A stretch of 64,000 bases of DNA. It comes from Squalus acanthias (Eukaryota). The position numbers and the translations under genes were made by a program. This document shows, piece by piece, positions 28,801-44,720 of the stretch. The notes under the pieces are model-generated. The model searched no databases, had not been told where the DNA came from, and was given only the letters and a program-made list of their open reading frames with translations. Each line of letters opens with the position of its first letter. Within the stretch, counting starts at the first letter, position 1. The stretch is taken from NCBI GenBank assembly GCA_030390025.1, contig JASTWF010000034.1:3286001-3350000 (forward strand), written 5' to 3'.

Positions 28801-31800
28801 ATTGTTAAATTGGGTATGATAACCAATACACAGGGTAAAACTGTCACAGTTAATTGTTAAATTGGGTATGATAACCAATACACAGGGTAAAACTGTCACA
28901 GTTAATTGTTAAATTGGGTATGATAACCAATACACAGGGTAAAACTGTCACAGTTAATTGTTAAATTGGGTATGATAACCAATACACAGGGTAAAACTGT
29001 CACAGTTAATTGTTAAATTGGGTATGATAACCAATACACAGGGTAAAACTGTCAGTTAATTGTTAAATTGGGTATGATAACCAATACACAGGGTAAAACT
29101 GTCACAGTTAATTGTTAAATTGGGTATGATAACCAATACACAGGGTAAAACTGTCACAGTTAATTGTTAAATTGGGTATGATAACCAATACACAGGGTAA
29201 AACTGTCACAGTTAATTGTTAAATTGGGTATGATAACCAATACACAGGGTAAAACTGTCACAGTTAATTGTTAAATTGGGTATGATAACCAATACACAGG
29301 GTAAAACTGTCACAGTTAATTGTTAAATTGGGTATGATAACCAATACACAGGGTAAAACTGTCACAGTTAATTGTTAAATTGGGTATGATAACCAATACA
29401 CAGGGTAAAACTGTCACAGTTAATTGTTAAATTGGGTATGATAACCAATACACAGGGTAAAACTGTCACAGTTAATTGTTAAATTGGGTATGATAACCAA
29501 TACACAGGGTAAAACTGTCACAGTTAATTGTTAAATTGGGTATGATAACCAATACACAGGGTAAAACTGTCACAGTTAATTGTTAAATTGGGTATGATAA
29601 CCAATACACAGGGTAAAACTGTCACAGTTAATTGTTAAATTGGGTATGATAACCAATACACAGGGTAAAACTGTCACAGTTAATTGTTAAATTGGGTATG
29701 ATAACCAATACACAGGGTAAAACTGTCACAGTTAATTGTTAAATTGGGTATGATAACCAATACACAGGGTAAAACTGTCACAGTTAATTGTTAAATTGGG
29801 TATGATAACCAATACACAGGGTAAAACTGTCACAGTTAATTGTTAAATTGGGTATGATAACCAATACACAGGGTAAAACTGTCACAGTTAATTGTTAAAT
29901 TGGGTATGATAACCAATACACAGGGTAAAACTGTCACAGTTAATTGTTAAATTGGGTATGATAACCAATACACAGGGTAAAACTGTCACAGTTAATTGTT
30001 AAATTGGGTATGATAACCAATACACAGGGTAAAACTGTCACAGTTAATTGTTAAATTGGGTATGATAACCAATACACAGGGTAAAACTGTCACAGTTAAT
30101 TGTTAAATTGGGTATGATAACCAATACACAGGGTAAAACTGTCAGTTAATTGTTAAATTGGGTATGATAACCAATACACAGGGTAAAACTGTCACAGTTA
30201 ATTGTTAAATTGGGTATGATAACCAATACACAGGGTAAAACTGTCACAGTTAATTGTTAAATTGGGTATGATAACCAATACACAGGGTAAAACTGTCACA
30301 GTTAATTGTTAAATTGGGTATGATAACCAATACACAGGGTAAAACTGTCAGTTAATTGTTAAATTGGGTATGATAACCAATACACAGGGTAAAACTGTCA
30401 CAGTTAATTGTTAAATTGGGTATGATAACCAATACACAGGGTAAAACTGTCACAGTTAATTGTTAAATTGGGTATGATAACCAATACACAGGGTAAAACT
30501 GTCACAGTTAATTGTTAAATTGGGTATGATAACCAATACACAGGGTAAAACTGTCACAGTTAATTGTTAAATTGGGTATGATAACCAATACACAGGGTAA
30601 AACTGTCACAGTTAATTGTTAAATTGGGTATGATAACCAATACACAGGGTAAAACTGTCAGTTAATTGTTAAATTGGGTATGATAACCAATACACAGGGT
30701 AAAACTGTCACAGTTAATTGTTAAATTGGGTATGATAACCAATACACAGGGTAAAACTGTCACAGTTAATTGTTAAATTGGGTATGATAACCAATACACA
30801 GGGTAAAACTGTCACAGTTAATTGTTAAATTGGGTATGATAACCAATACACAGGGTAAAACTGTCACAGTTAATTGTTAAATTGGGTATGATAACCAATA
30901 CACAGGGTAAAACTGTCACAGTTAATTGTTAAATTGGGTATGATAACCAATACACAGGGTAAAACTGTCACAGTTAATTGTTAAATTGGGTATGATAACC
31001 AATACACAGGGTAAAACTGTCACAGTTAATTGTTAAATTGGGTATGATAACCAATACACAGGGTAAAACTGTCAGTTAATTGTTAAATTGGGTATGATAA
31101 CCAATACACAGGGTAAAACTGTCAGTTAATTGTTAAATTGGGTATGATAACCAATACACAGGGTAAAACTGTCACAGTTAATTGTTAAATTGGGTATGAT
31201 AACCAATACACAGGGTAAAACTGTCACAGTTAATTGTTAAATTGGGTATGATAACCAATACACAGGGTAAAACTGTCACAGTTAATTGTTAAATTGGGTA
31301 TGATAACCAATACACAGGGTAAAACTGTCACAGTTAATTGTTAAATTGGGTATGATAACCAATACACAGGGTAAAACTGTCAGTTAATTGTTAAATTGGG
31401 TATGATAACCAATACACAGGGTAAAACTGTCACAGTTAATTGTTAAATTGGGTATGATAACCAATACACAGGGTAAAACTGTCACAGTTAATTGTTAAAT
31501 TGGGTATGATAACCAATACACAGGGTAAAACTGTCACAGTTAATTGTTAAATTGGGTATGATAACCAATACACAGGGTAAAACTGTCACAGTTAATTGTT
31601 AAATTGGGTATGATAACCAATACACAGGGTAAAACTGTCACAGTTAATTGTTAAATTGGGTATGATAACCAATACACAGGGTAAAACTGTCACAGTTAAT
31701 TGTTAAATTGGGTATGATAACCAATACACAGGGTAAAACTGTCACAGTTAATTGTTAAATTGGGTATGATAACCAATACACAGGGTAAAACTGTCACAGT

Positions 31801-34800
31801 TAATTGTTAAATTGGGTATGATAACCAATACACAGGGTAAAACTGTCACAGTTAATTGTTAAATTGGGTATGATAACCAATACACAGGGTAAAACTGTCA
31901 GTTAATTGTTAAATTGGGTATGATAACCAATACACAGGGTAAAACTGTCACAGTTAATTGTTAAATTGGGTATGATAACCAATACACAGGGTAAAACTGT
32001 CACAGTTAATTGTTAAATTGGGTATGATAACCAATACACAGGGTAAAACTGTCACAGTTAATTGTTAAATTGGGTATGATAACCAATACACAGGGTAAAA
32101 CTGTCACAGTTAATTGTTAAATTGGGTATGATAACCAATACACAGGGTAAAACTGTCACAGTTAATTGTTAAATTGGGTATGATAACCAATACACAGGGT
32201 AAAACTGTCACAGTTAATTGTTAAATTGGGTATGATAACCAATACACAGGGTAAAACTGTCAGTTAATTGTTAAATTGGGTATGATAACCAATACACAGG
32301 GTAAAACTGTCACAGTTAATTGTTAAATTGGGTATGATAACCAATACACAGGGTAAAACTGTCACAGTTAATTGTTAAATTGGGTATGATAACCAATACA
32401 CAGGGTAAAACTGTCACAGTTAATTGTTAAATTGGGTATGATAACCAATACACAGGGTAAAACTGTCACAGTTAATTGTTAAATTGGGTATGATAACCAA
32501 TACACAGGGTAAAACTGTCACAGTTAATTGTTAAATTGGGTATGATAACCAATACACAGGGTAAAACTGTCACAGTTAATTGTTAAATTGGGTATGATAA
32601 CCAATACACAGGGTAAAACTGTCACAGTTAATTGTTAAATTGGGTATGATAACCAATACACAGGGTAAAACTGTCACAGTTAATTGTTAAATTGGGTATG
32701 ATAACCAATACACAGGGTAAAACTGTCACAGTTAATTGTTAAATTGGGTATGATAACCAATACACAGGGTAAAACTGTCACAGTTAATTGTTAAATTGGG
32801 TATGATAACCAATACACAGGGTAAAACTGTCAGTTAATTGTTAAATTGGGTATGATAACCAATACACAGGGTAAAACTGTCACAGTTAATTGTTAAATTG
32901 GGTATGATAACCAATACACAGGGTAAAACTGTCACAGTTAATTGTTAAATTGGGTATGATAACCAATACACAGGGTAAAACTGTCACAGTTAATTGTTAA
33001 ATTGGGTATGATAACCAATACACAGGGTAAAACTGTCACAGTTAATTGTTAAATTGGGTATGATAACCAATACACAGGGTAAAACTGTCACAGTTAATTG
33101 TTAAATTGGGTATGATAACCAATACACAGGGTAAAACTGTCACAGTTAATTGTTAAATTGGGTATGATAACCAATACACAGGGTAAAACTGTCAGTTAAT
33201 TGTTAAATTGGGTATGATAACCAATACACAGGGTAAAACTGTCACAGTTAATTGTTAAATTGGGTATGATAACCAATACACAGGGTAAAACTGTCACAGT
33301 TAATTGTTAAATTGGGTATGATAACCAATACACAGGGTAAAACTGTCACAGTTAATTGTTAAATTGGGTATGATAACCAATACACAGGGTAAAACTGTCA
33401 GTTAATTGTTAAATTGGGTATGATAACCAATACACAGGGTAAAACTGTCAGTTAATTGTTAAATTGGGTATGATAACCAATACACAGGGTAAAACTGTCA
33501 CAGTTAATTGTTAAATTGGGTATGATAACCAATACACAGGGTAAAACTGTCAGTTAATTGTTAAATTGGGTATGATAACCAATACACAGGGTAAAACTGT
33601 CACAGTTAATTGTTAAATTGGGTATGATAACCAATACACAGGGTAAAACTGTCACAGTTAATTGTTAAATTGGGTATGATAACCAATACACAGGGTAAAA
33701 CTGTCACAGTTAATTGTTAAATTGGGTATGATAACCAATACACAGGGTAAAACTGTCAGTTAATTGTTAAATTGGGTATGATAACCAATACACAGGGTAA
33801 AACTGTCAGTTAATTGTTAAATTGGGTATGATAACCAATACACAGGGTAAAACTGTCAGTTAATTGTTAAATTGGGTATGATAACCAATACACAGGGTAA
33901 AACTGTCACAGTTAATTGTTAAATTGGGTATGATAACCAATACACAGGGTAAAACTGTCACAGTTAATTGTTAAATTGGGTATGATAACCAATACACAGG
34001 GTAAAACTGTCACAGTTAATTGTTAAATTGGGTATGATAACCAATACACAGGGTAAAACTGTCACAGTTAATTGTTAAATTGGGTATGATAACCAATACA
34101 CAGGGTAAAACTGTCACAGTTAATTGTTAAATTGGGTATGATAACCAATACACAGGGTAAAACTGTCACAGTTAATTGTTAAATTGGGTATGATAACCAA
34201 TACACAGGGTAAAACTGTCACAGTTAATTGTTAAATTGGGTATGATAACCAATACACAGGGTAAAACTGTCAGTTAATTGTTAAATTGGGTATGATAACC
34301 AATACACAGGGTAAAACTGTCACAGTTAATTGTTAAATTGGGTATGATAACCAATACACAGGGTAAAACTGTCACAGTTAATTGTTAAATTGGGTATGAT
34401 AACCAATACACAGGGTAAAACTGTCACAGTTAATTGTTAAATTGGGTATGATAACCAATACACAGGGTAAAACTGTCACAGTTAATTGTTAAATTGGGTA
34501 TGATAACCAATACACAGGGTAAAACTGTCACAGTTAATTGTTAAATTGGGTATGATAACCAATACACAGGGTAAAACTGTCACAGTTAATTGTTAAATTG
34601 GGTATGATAACCAATACACAGGGTAAAACTGTCACAGTTAATTGTTAAATTGGGTATGATAACCAATACACAGGGTAAAACTGTCACAGTTAATTGTTAA
34701 ATTGGGTATGATAACCAATACACAGGGTAAAACTGTCACAGTTAATTGTTAAATTGGGTATGATAACCAATACACAGGGTAAAACTGTCACAGTTAATTG

Positions 34801-37800
34801 TTAAATTGGGTATGATAACCAATACACAGGGTAAAACTGTCACAGTTAATTGTTAAATTGGGTATGATAACCAATACACAGGGTAAAACTGTCACAGTTA
34901 ATTGTTAAATTGGGTATGATAACCAATACACAGGGTAAAACTGTCACAGTTAATTGTTAAATTGGGTATGATAACCAATACACAGGGTAAAACTGTCACA
35001 GTTAATTGTTAAATTGGGTATGATAACCAATACACAGGGTAAAACTGTCACAGTTAATTGTTAAATTGGGTATGATAACCAATACACAGGGTAAAACTGT
35101 CACAGTTAATTGTTAAATTGGGTATGATAACCAATACACAGGGTAAAACTGTCACAGTTAATTGTTAAATTGGGTATGATAACCAATACACAGGGTAAAA
35201 CTGTCACAGTTAATTGTTAAATTGGGTATGATAACCAATACACAGGGTAAAACTGTCACAGTTAATTGTTAAATTGGGTATGATAACCAATACACAGGGT
35301 AAAACTGTCACAGTTAATTGTTAAATTGGGTATGATAACCAATACACAGGGTAAAACTGTCACAGTTAATTGTTAAATTGGGTATGATAACCAATACACA
35401 GGGTAAAACTGTCAGTTAATTGTTAAATTGGGTATGATAACCAATACACAGGGTAAAACTGTCACAGTTAATTGTTAAATTGGGTATGATAACCAATACA
35501 CAGGGTAAAACTGTCACAGTTAATTGTTAAATTGGGTATGATAACCAATACACAGGGTAAAACTGTCACAGTTAATTGTTAAATTGGGTATGATAACCAA
35601 TACACAGGGTAAAACTGTCACAGTTAATTGTTAAATTGGGTATGATAACCAATACACAGGGTAAAACTGTCACAGTTAATTGTTAAATTGGGTATGATAA
35701 CCAATACACAGGGTAAAACTGTCACAGTTAATTGTTAAATTGGGTATGATAACCAATACACAGGGTAAAACTGTCACAGTTAATTGTTAAATTGGGTATG
35801 ATAACCAATACACAGGGTAAAACTGTCACAGTTAATTGTTAAATTGGGTATGATAACCAATACACAGGGTAAAACTGTCACAGTTAATTGTTAAATTGGG
35901 TATGATAACCAATACACAGGGTAAAACTGTCACAGTTAATTGTTAAATTGGGTATGATAACCAATACACAGGGTAAAACTGTCAGTTAATTGTTAAATTG
36001 GGTATGATAACCAATACACAGGGTAAAACTGTCACAGTTAATTGTTAAATTGGGTATGATAACCAATACACAGGGTAAAACTGTCAGTTAATTGTTAAAT
36101 TGGGTATGATAACCAATACACAGGGTAAAACTGTCACAGTTAATTGTTAAATTGGGTATGATAACCAATACACAGGGTAAAACTGTCACAGTTAATTGTT
36201 AAATTGGGTATGATAACCAATACACAGGGTAAAACTGTCACAGTTAATTGTTAAATTGGGTATGATAACCAATACACAGGGTAAAACTGTCACAGTTAAT
36301 TGTTAAATTGGGTATGATAACCAATACACAGGGTAAAACTGTCACAGTTAATTGTTAAATTGGGTATGATAACCAATACACAGGGTAAAACTGTCAGTTA
36401 ATTGTTAAATTGGGTATGATAACCAATACACAGGGTAAAACTGTCACAGTTAATTGTTAAATTGGGTATGATAACCAATACACAGGGTAAAACTGTCACA
36501 GTTAATTGTTAAATTGGGTATGATAACCAATACACAGGGTAAAACTGTCAGTTAATTGTTAAATTGGGTATGATAACCAATACACAGGGTAAAACTGTCA
36601 CAGTTAATTGTTAAATTGGGTATGATAACCAATACACAGGGTAAAACTGTCACAGTTAATTGTTAAATTGGGTATGATAACCAATACACAGGGTAAAACT
36701 GTCAGTTAATTGTTAAATTGGGTATGATAACCAATACACAGGGTAAAACTGTCACAGTTAATTGTTAAATTGGGTATGATAACCAATACACAGGGTAAAA
36801 CTGTCACAGTTAATTGTTAAATTGGGTATGATAACCAATACACAGGGTAAAACTGTCACAGTTAATTGTTAAATTGGGTATGATAACCAATACACAGGGT
36901 AAAACTGTCAGTTAATTGTTAAATTGGGTATGATAACCAATACACAGGGTAAAACTGTCACAGTTAATTGTTAAATTGGGTATGATAACCAATACACAGG
37001 GTAAAACTGTCACAGTTAATTGTTAAATTGGGTATGATAACCAATACACAGGGTAAAACTGTCAGTTAATTGTTAAATTGGGTATGATAACCAATACACA
37101 GGGTAAAACTGTCAGTTAATTGTTAAATTGGGTATGATAACCAATACACAGGGTAAAACTGTCAGTTAATTGTTAAATTGGGTATGATAACCAATACACA
37201 GGGTAAAACTGTCACAGTTAATTGTTAAATTGGGTATGATAACCAATACACAGGGTAAAACTGTCACAGTTAATTGTTAAATTGGGTATGATAACCAATA
37301 CACAGGGTAAAACTGTCACAGTTAATTGTTAAATTGGGTATGATAACCAATACACAGGGTAAAACTGTCACAGTTAATTGTTAAATTGGGTATGATAACC
37401 AATACACAGGGTAAAACTGTCACAGTTAATTGTTAAATTGGGTATGATAACCAATACACAGGGTAAAACTGTCACAGTTAATTGTTAAATTGGGTATGAT
37501 AACCAATACACAGGGTAAAACTGTCACAGTTAATTGTTAAATTGGGTATGATAACCAATACACAGGGTAAAACTGTCACAGTTAATTGTTAAATTGGGTA
37601 TGATAACCAATACACAGGGTAAAACTGTCACAGTTAATTGTTAAATTGGGTATGATAACCAATACACAGGGTAAAACTGTCACAGTTAATTGTTAAATTG
37701 GGTATGATAACCAATACACAGGGTAAAACTGTCACAGTTAATTGTTAAATTGGGTATGATAACCAATACACAGGGTAAAACTGTCACAGTTAATTGTTAA

Positions 37801-40800
37801 ATTGGGTATGATAACCAATACACAGGGTAAAACTGTCACAGTTAATTGTTAAATTGGGTATGATAACCAATACACAGGGTAAAACTGTCAGTTAATTGTT
37901 AAATTGGGTATGATAACCAATACACAGGGTAAAACTGTCACAGTTAATTGTTAAATTGGGTATGATAACCAATACACAGGGTAAAACTGTCACAGTTAAT
38001 TGTTAAATTGGGTATGATAACCAATACACAGGGTAAAACTGTCACAGTTAATTGTTAAATTGGGTATGATAACCAATACACAGGGTAAAACTGTCACAGT
38101 TAATTGTTAAATTGGGTATGATAACCAATACACAGGGTAAAACTGTCACAGTTAATTGTTAAATTGGGTATGATAACCAATACACAGGGTAAAACTGTCA
38201 CAGTTAATTGTTAAATTGGGTATGATAACCAATACACAGGGTAAAACTGTCACAGTTAATTGTTAAATTGGGTATGATAACCAATACACAGGGTAAAACT
38301 GTCACAGTTAATTGTTAAATTGGGTATGATAACCAATACACAGGGTAAAACTGTCACAGTTAATTGTTAAATTGGGTATGATAACCAATACACAGGGTAA
38401 AACTGTCAGTTAATTGTTAAATTGGGTATGATAACCAATACACAGGGTAAAACTGTCAGTTAATTGTTAAATTGGGTATGATAACCAATACACAGGGTAA
38501 AACTGTCACAGTTAATTGTTAAATTGGGTATGATAACCAATACACAGGGTAAAACTGTCACAGTTAATTGTTAAATTGGGTATGATAACCAATACACAGG
38601 GTAAAACTGTCACAGTTAATTGTTAAATTGGGTATGATAACCAATACACAGGGTAAAACTGTCACAGTTAATTGTTAAATTGGGTATGATAACCAATACA
38701 CAGGGTAAAACTGTCACAGTTAATTGTTAAATTGTGGTATGATAACCAAATCACAGGGTAAAAACTGTCAGTTAATTGTTAAATTGGGTATAGATAACCA
38801 ATAACCAGGGTAAAACTGTCCAGTTAATTGTTAAATTGGTTTGATAACAAATACACAGGGTAAAACTGTCACAGTTAATTGTTAAATTGGTATGATAACA
38901 ATACACAGGGTTAAAACTGTTCTCAGTTAATTGTTAAATTGGGGATGATAAAACCAATTCAGAGGGTAAATCTGTCAGTTAATTGTTAAATTGGTATGAT
39001 AACCAATCACAGGGTAAAACTGTCACAGTTAATTGTTAAATTGGTATGATAACCAAACACAGGGTAAAAACTGTCACAGTTAATGTTAAATTGGGTATGG
39101 ATAACCAATACACAGGGTAAAACTGTCACTGTTAATTGTTAAAATTGGGTATGATAACCATACAACAGGGTAAAACTGTCACAGTTATTGTTAAATTGGG
39201 TATGATAACCAATACACAGGGTAAACTGTCAGTTAATTGTTAAATTGGATATGATAACCAACACACAGGGTAAACTGTCACAGTTAATGGTTAAATTGGG
39301 TATGATAACCAATACACAGGGTAAAACTGTCACAGTTAATTGTTAAATTGGGTATGATAACCAACAAAACAGGGTAAAACTGTCACAGTTAATTGTTAAA
39401 TTGGGTATGATAACCAATACACAGGGTAAAACTGTCACAGTTAATTGTTAAATTGGGTTTGATAACCATACACAGGGATAAACCTGTTTTCAGTTAATTG
39501 TTAAATTGGGATGATAAACCAATTCAGAGGGTAAATCTGTCAGTAATTGTTAAATTGGATATGATAACCAATACACAGGGTAAAACTGTCACAGTTAATT
39601 GTTAAATTGGATATGATACCAACAAAACAGGGTAAACTGTCACAGTTAATGTTAAATGGGTATGATAACCAATACACAGGGTAAAACTGACACAGTTAAT
39701 TGTTAAATTGGGTATGATAACCAACAAAACAGGGTAAAACTGTCACAGTTAATTGTTAAATTGGGTATGATAACCAATACACAGGGTAAAACTGTTTCAG
39801 TTAATTGTTAAATTGGGGATGATAACCAATTCAGAGGGTAAATCTGTCAGTTAATTGTTAAATTGGATATGATAACCAATACACAGGGTAAAACTGTCAC
39901 AGTTAATTGTTAAATTGGATATGATAACCAACACACAGTGTAAAACTGTCACAGTTAATGGTTAAATTGGGTATGATAACCAATACACAGGGTAAAACTG
40001 TCAGTTAATTGTTAAATTGGATATGATAACCAATACACAGTGTAACACTGTCACAGTTAATTAAATTCAGTATGATAACCAATACACAGGGTAAAACTGT
40101 CACAGTTAATTGTTAAATTGGGTATGATAACCAATAAACAGGGTAAAACTGTCACAGTTAATTTTTAAATTGGGTATGATAACCAATACACAGGGTAAAC
40201 TGTCACAGTTAATTGTTAAATTGGGTATGATAACCAATACAGAGAGTAAAACTGTGACAGTTAATTGTTAAATTGGGTATGATAACCAATACACATTGTA
40301 AAACTGTCAGTTAATTGTTAAATTGGGTATGATAACCAATACACAGGGTAAAACTGTTTCAGTTAATTGTTATATTGGGTATGATAACCAATACACAGGG
40401 TAAAACTGTTTCAGTTAATTGTTAAATTGGGGATGATAACCAATTCAGAGGGTAAATCTGTCAGTTAATTGTTAAATTGGATATGATAACCAATACACAG
40501 GGTGGAACTGTTTCAGTTAATTGTTATATTGGGTATGATAACCAATACACAGGGTAAAACTGTTTCAGTTAATTGTTAAATTGGGGATGATAACCAATTC
40601 AGAGGGTAAAACTGTCAGTTAATTGTTAAATTGGGTATGATAACCAATACACAGAGTAAAACTGTCACAGTTAATTGTTAAATTGGGTATGATAACCAAT
40701 ACACAGGGTAAAACTGTCAGTTAATTGTTAAATTGGGTATGATAACCAATACACAGGGTAAAACTGTTCAGTTAATTGTTAAATTGGGTATGATAACCAA

Positions 40801-43800
40801 TACACAGTGTAAAACTGTTCAGTTAATTGTTAAATTGGGTATGATAACCAATACACAGGGTAAAACTGTCAGTTAATTGTTAAATTGGGTATGATAACCA
40901 ATACACAGGTAAAACTGTCAGTTAATTGTTAAATTGGGTATGATAACCAATACACAGGGTAAAACTGTCACAGTTAATTGTTAAATTGGGTATGATAACC
41001 AATACACAGGGTAAAACTGTCACAGTTAATTGTTAAATTGCGTATGATAACCAATACACAGGGTAAAACTGTCACAGTTAATTGTTAAATTGGATATGAT
41101 AACCAATACACAGCGTAAAACTGTCACAGTTAATTGTTAAATTGGGTATGATAACCAATACACAGGGTAAAACTGTCCCAGTTAATTGTTAAATTGGGTA
41201 TGATAACCAATACACAGGTTAAAACTGTCCAGTTAATTGTTAAATTGGGTATGATAACCAATACACAGGGTAAAACTGTACAGTTAATTGTTAAATTGGG
41301 TATGATAACCAATACACAGGGTAAAACTGTCACAGTTAATTGTTAAATTGGGTATGATAACCAATACACAGGGTAAAACTGTCACAGTTAATTGTTAAAT
41401 TGGGTATGATAACCAATACACAGGGTAAAACTGTCACAGTTAATTGTTAAATTGGGTATGATAACCAATACACAGGGTAAAACTGTCAGTTAATTGTTAA
41501 ATTGGGTATGATAACCAATACACAGGGTAAAACTGTCACAGTTAATTGTTAAATTGGGTATGATAACCAATACACAGGGTAAAACTGTCACAGTTAATTG
41601 TTAAATTGGGTATGATAACCAATACACAGGGTAAAACTGTCAGTTAATTGTTAAATTGGGTATGATAACCAATACACAGGGTAAAACTGTCACAGTTAAT
41701 TGTTAAATTGGGTATGATAACCAATACACAGGGTAAAACTGTCACAGTTAATTGTTAAATTGGGTATGATAACCAATACACAGGGTAAAACTGTCAGTTA
41801 ATTGTTAAATTGGGTATGATAACCAATACACAGGGTAAAACTGTCACAGTTAATTGTTAAATTGGGTATGATAACCAATACACAGGGTAAAACTGTCAGT
41901 TAATTGTTAAATTGGGTATGATAACCAATACACAGGGTAAAACTGTCACAGTTAATTGTTAAATTGGGTATGATAACCAATACACAGGGTAAAACTGTCA
42001 CAGTTAATTGTTAAATTGGGTATGATAACCAATACACAGGGTAAAACTGTCACAGTTAATTGTTAAATTGGGTATGATAACCAATACACAGGGTAAAACT
42101 GTCACAGTTAATTGTTAAATTGGGTATGATAACCAATACACAGGGTAAAACTGTCACAGTTAATTGTTAAATTGGGTATGATAACCAATACACAGGGTAA
42201 AACTGTCACAGTTAATTGTTAAATTGGGTATGATAACCAATACACAGGGTAAAACTGTCACAGTTAATTGTTAAATTGGGTATGATAACCAATACACAGG
42301 GTAAAACTGTCCAGTTAATTGTTAAATTGGGTATGATAACCAATACACAGGGTAAAACTGTCACAGTTAATTGTTAAATTGGGTATGATAACCAATACAC
42401 AGGGTAAAACTGTCACAGTTAATTGTTAAATTGGGTATGATAACCAATACACAGGGTAAAACTGTCAGTTAATTGTTAAATTGGGTATGATAACCAATAC
42501 ACAGGGTAAAACTGTCACAGTTAATTGTTAAATTGGGTATGATAACCAATACACAGGGTAAAACTGTCACAGTTAATTGTTAAATTGGGTATGATAACCA
42601 ATACACAGGGTAAAACTGTCCAGTTAATTGTTAAATTGGGTATGATAACCAATACACAGGGTAAAACTGTCAGTTAATTGTTAAATTGGGTATGATAACC
42701 AATACACAGGGTAAAACTGTCACAGTTAATTGTTAAATTGGGTATGATAACCAATACACAGGGTAAAACTGTCACAGTTAATTGTTAAATTGGGTATGAT
42801 AACCAATACACAGGGTAAAACTGTCAGTTAATTGTTAAATTGGGTATGATAACCAATACACAGGGTAAAACTGTCACAGTTAATTGTTAAATTGGGTATG
42901 ATAACCAATACACAGGGTAAAACTGTCAGTTAATTGTTAAATTGGGTATGATAACCAATACACAGGGTAAAACTGTCAGTTAATTGTTAAATTGGGTATG
43001 ATAACCAATACACAGGGTAAAACTGTCAGTTAATTGTTAAATTGGGTATGATAACCAATACACAGGGTAAAACTGTCCAGTTAATTGTTAAATTGGGTAT
43101 GATAACCAATACACAGGGTAAAACTGTCCAGTTAATTGTTAAATTGGGTATGATAACCAATACACAGGGTAAAACTGTCCAGTTAATTGTTAAATTGGGT
43201 ATGATAACCAATACACAGGGTAAAACTGTCCAGTTAATTGTTAAATTGGGTATGATAACCAATACACAGGGTAAAACTGTCACAGTTAATTGTTAAATTG
43301 GGTATGATAACCAATACACAGGGTAAAACTGTCAGTTAATTGTTAAATTGGGTATGATAACAATACACAGGGTAAAACTGTCACAGTTAATTGTTAAATT
43401 GGGTATGATAACCAATACACAGGGTAAAACTGTCACAGTTAATTGTTAAATTGGGTATGATAACCAATACACAGGGTAAAACTGTCACAGTTAATTGTTA
43501 AATTGGGTATGATAACCAATACACAGGGTAAAACTGTCACAGTTAATTGTTAAATTGGGTATGATAACCAATACACAGGGTAAAACTGTCACAGTTAATT
43601 GTTAAATTGGGTATGATAACCAATACACAGGGTAAAACTGTTCAGTTAATTGTTAAATTGGGTATGATAACCAATACACAGGGTAAAACTGTCAGTTAAT
43701 TGTTAAATTGGGTATGATAACCAATACACAGGGTAAAACTGTCACAGTTAATTGTTAAATTGGGTATGATAACCAATACACAGGGTAAAACTGTCACAGT

Positions 43801-44720
43801 TAATTGTTAAATTGGGTATGATAACCAATACACAGGGTAAAACTGTCAGTTAATTGTTAAATTGGGTATGATAACCAATACACAGGGTAAAACTGTCACA
43901 GTTAATTGTTAAATTGGGTATGATAACCAATACACAGGGTAAAACTGTCACAGTTAATTGTTAAATTGGGTATGATAACAATACACAGGGTAAAACTGTC
44001 ACAGTTAATTGTTAAATTGGGTATGATAACCAATACACAGGGTAAAACTGTCACAGTTAATTGTTAAATTGGGTATGATAACCAATACACAGGGTAAAAC
44101 TGTCACAGTTAATTGTTAAATTGGGTATGATAACCAATACACAGGGTAAAACTGTCACAGTTAATTGTTAAATTGGGTATGATAACCAATACACAGGGTA
44201 AAACTGTCACAGTTAATTGTTAAATTGGGTATGATAACCAATACACAGGGTAAAACTGTCAGTTAATTGTTAAATTGGGTATGATAACCAATACACAGGG
44301 TAAAACTGTCACAGTTAATTGTTAAATTGGGTATGATAACCAATACACAGGGTAAAACTGTCACAGTTAATTGTTAAATTGGGTATGATAACCAATACAC
44401 AGGGTAAAACTGTCACAGTTAATTGTTAAATTGGGTATGATAACCAATACACAGGGTAAAACTGTCACAGTTAATTGTTAAATTGGGTATGATAACCAAT
44501 ACACAGGGTAAAACTGTCAGTTAATTGTTAAATTGGGTATGATAACCAATACACAGGGTAAAACTGTCAGTTAATTGTTAAATTGGGTATGATAACCAAT
44601 ACACAGGGTAAAACTGTCACAGTTAATTGTTAAATTGGGTATGATAACCAATACACAGGGTAAAACTGTCACAGTTAATTGTTAAATTGGGTATGATAGC
44701 CAATAAACAAGGGAGTAAAG
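4815..44720. repeat. 52-bp tandem satellite array, ~40 kb, roughly 770 copies
   Basis: Monomer TCACAGTTAATTGTTAAATTGGGTATGATAACCAATACACAGGGTAAAACTG. A frequent 50-bp variant lacks CA. Divergent patch at ~38730-41300. The array decays into unique sequence at ~44700. Copy number is estimated as length/52. Confidence 0.99.

Noticed and set aside
4815..38700. Ordered code or fixed higher-order period in the 50/52-bp alternation
   Set aside because: Spacing of 50-bp units looks irregular by eye, with long stretches lacking them. It cannot be separated from slippage or consensus error without reads.
4815..44720. CRISPR array or coding repeat
   Set aside because: Monomers are head-to-tail with no unique spacers, there are no cas genes, and the context is eukaryotic. 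The 52-bp unit is not a multiple of 3, and the ORFs at 41130 and 43026-43296 arise only where 51-bp variants run together.
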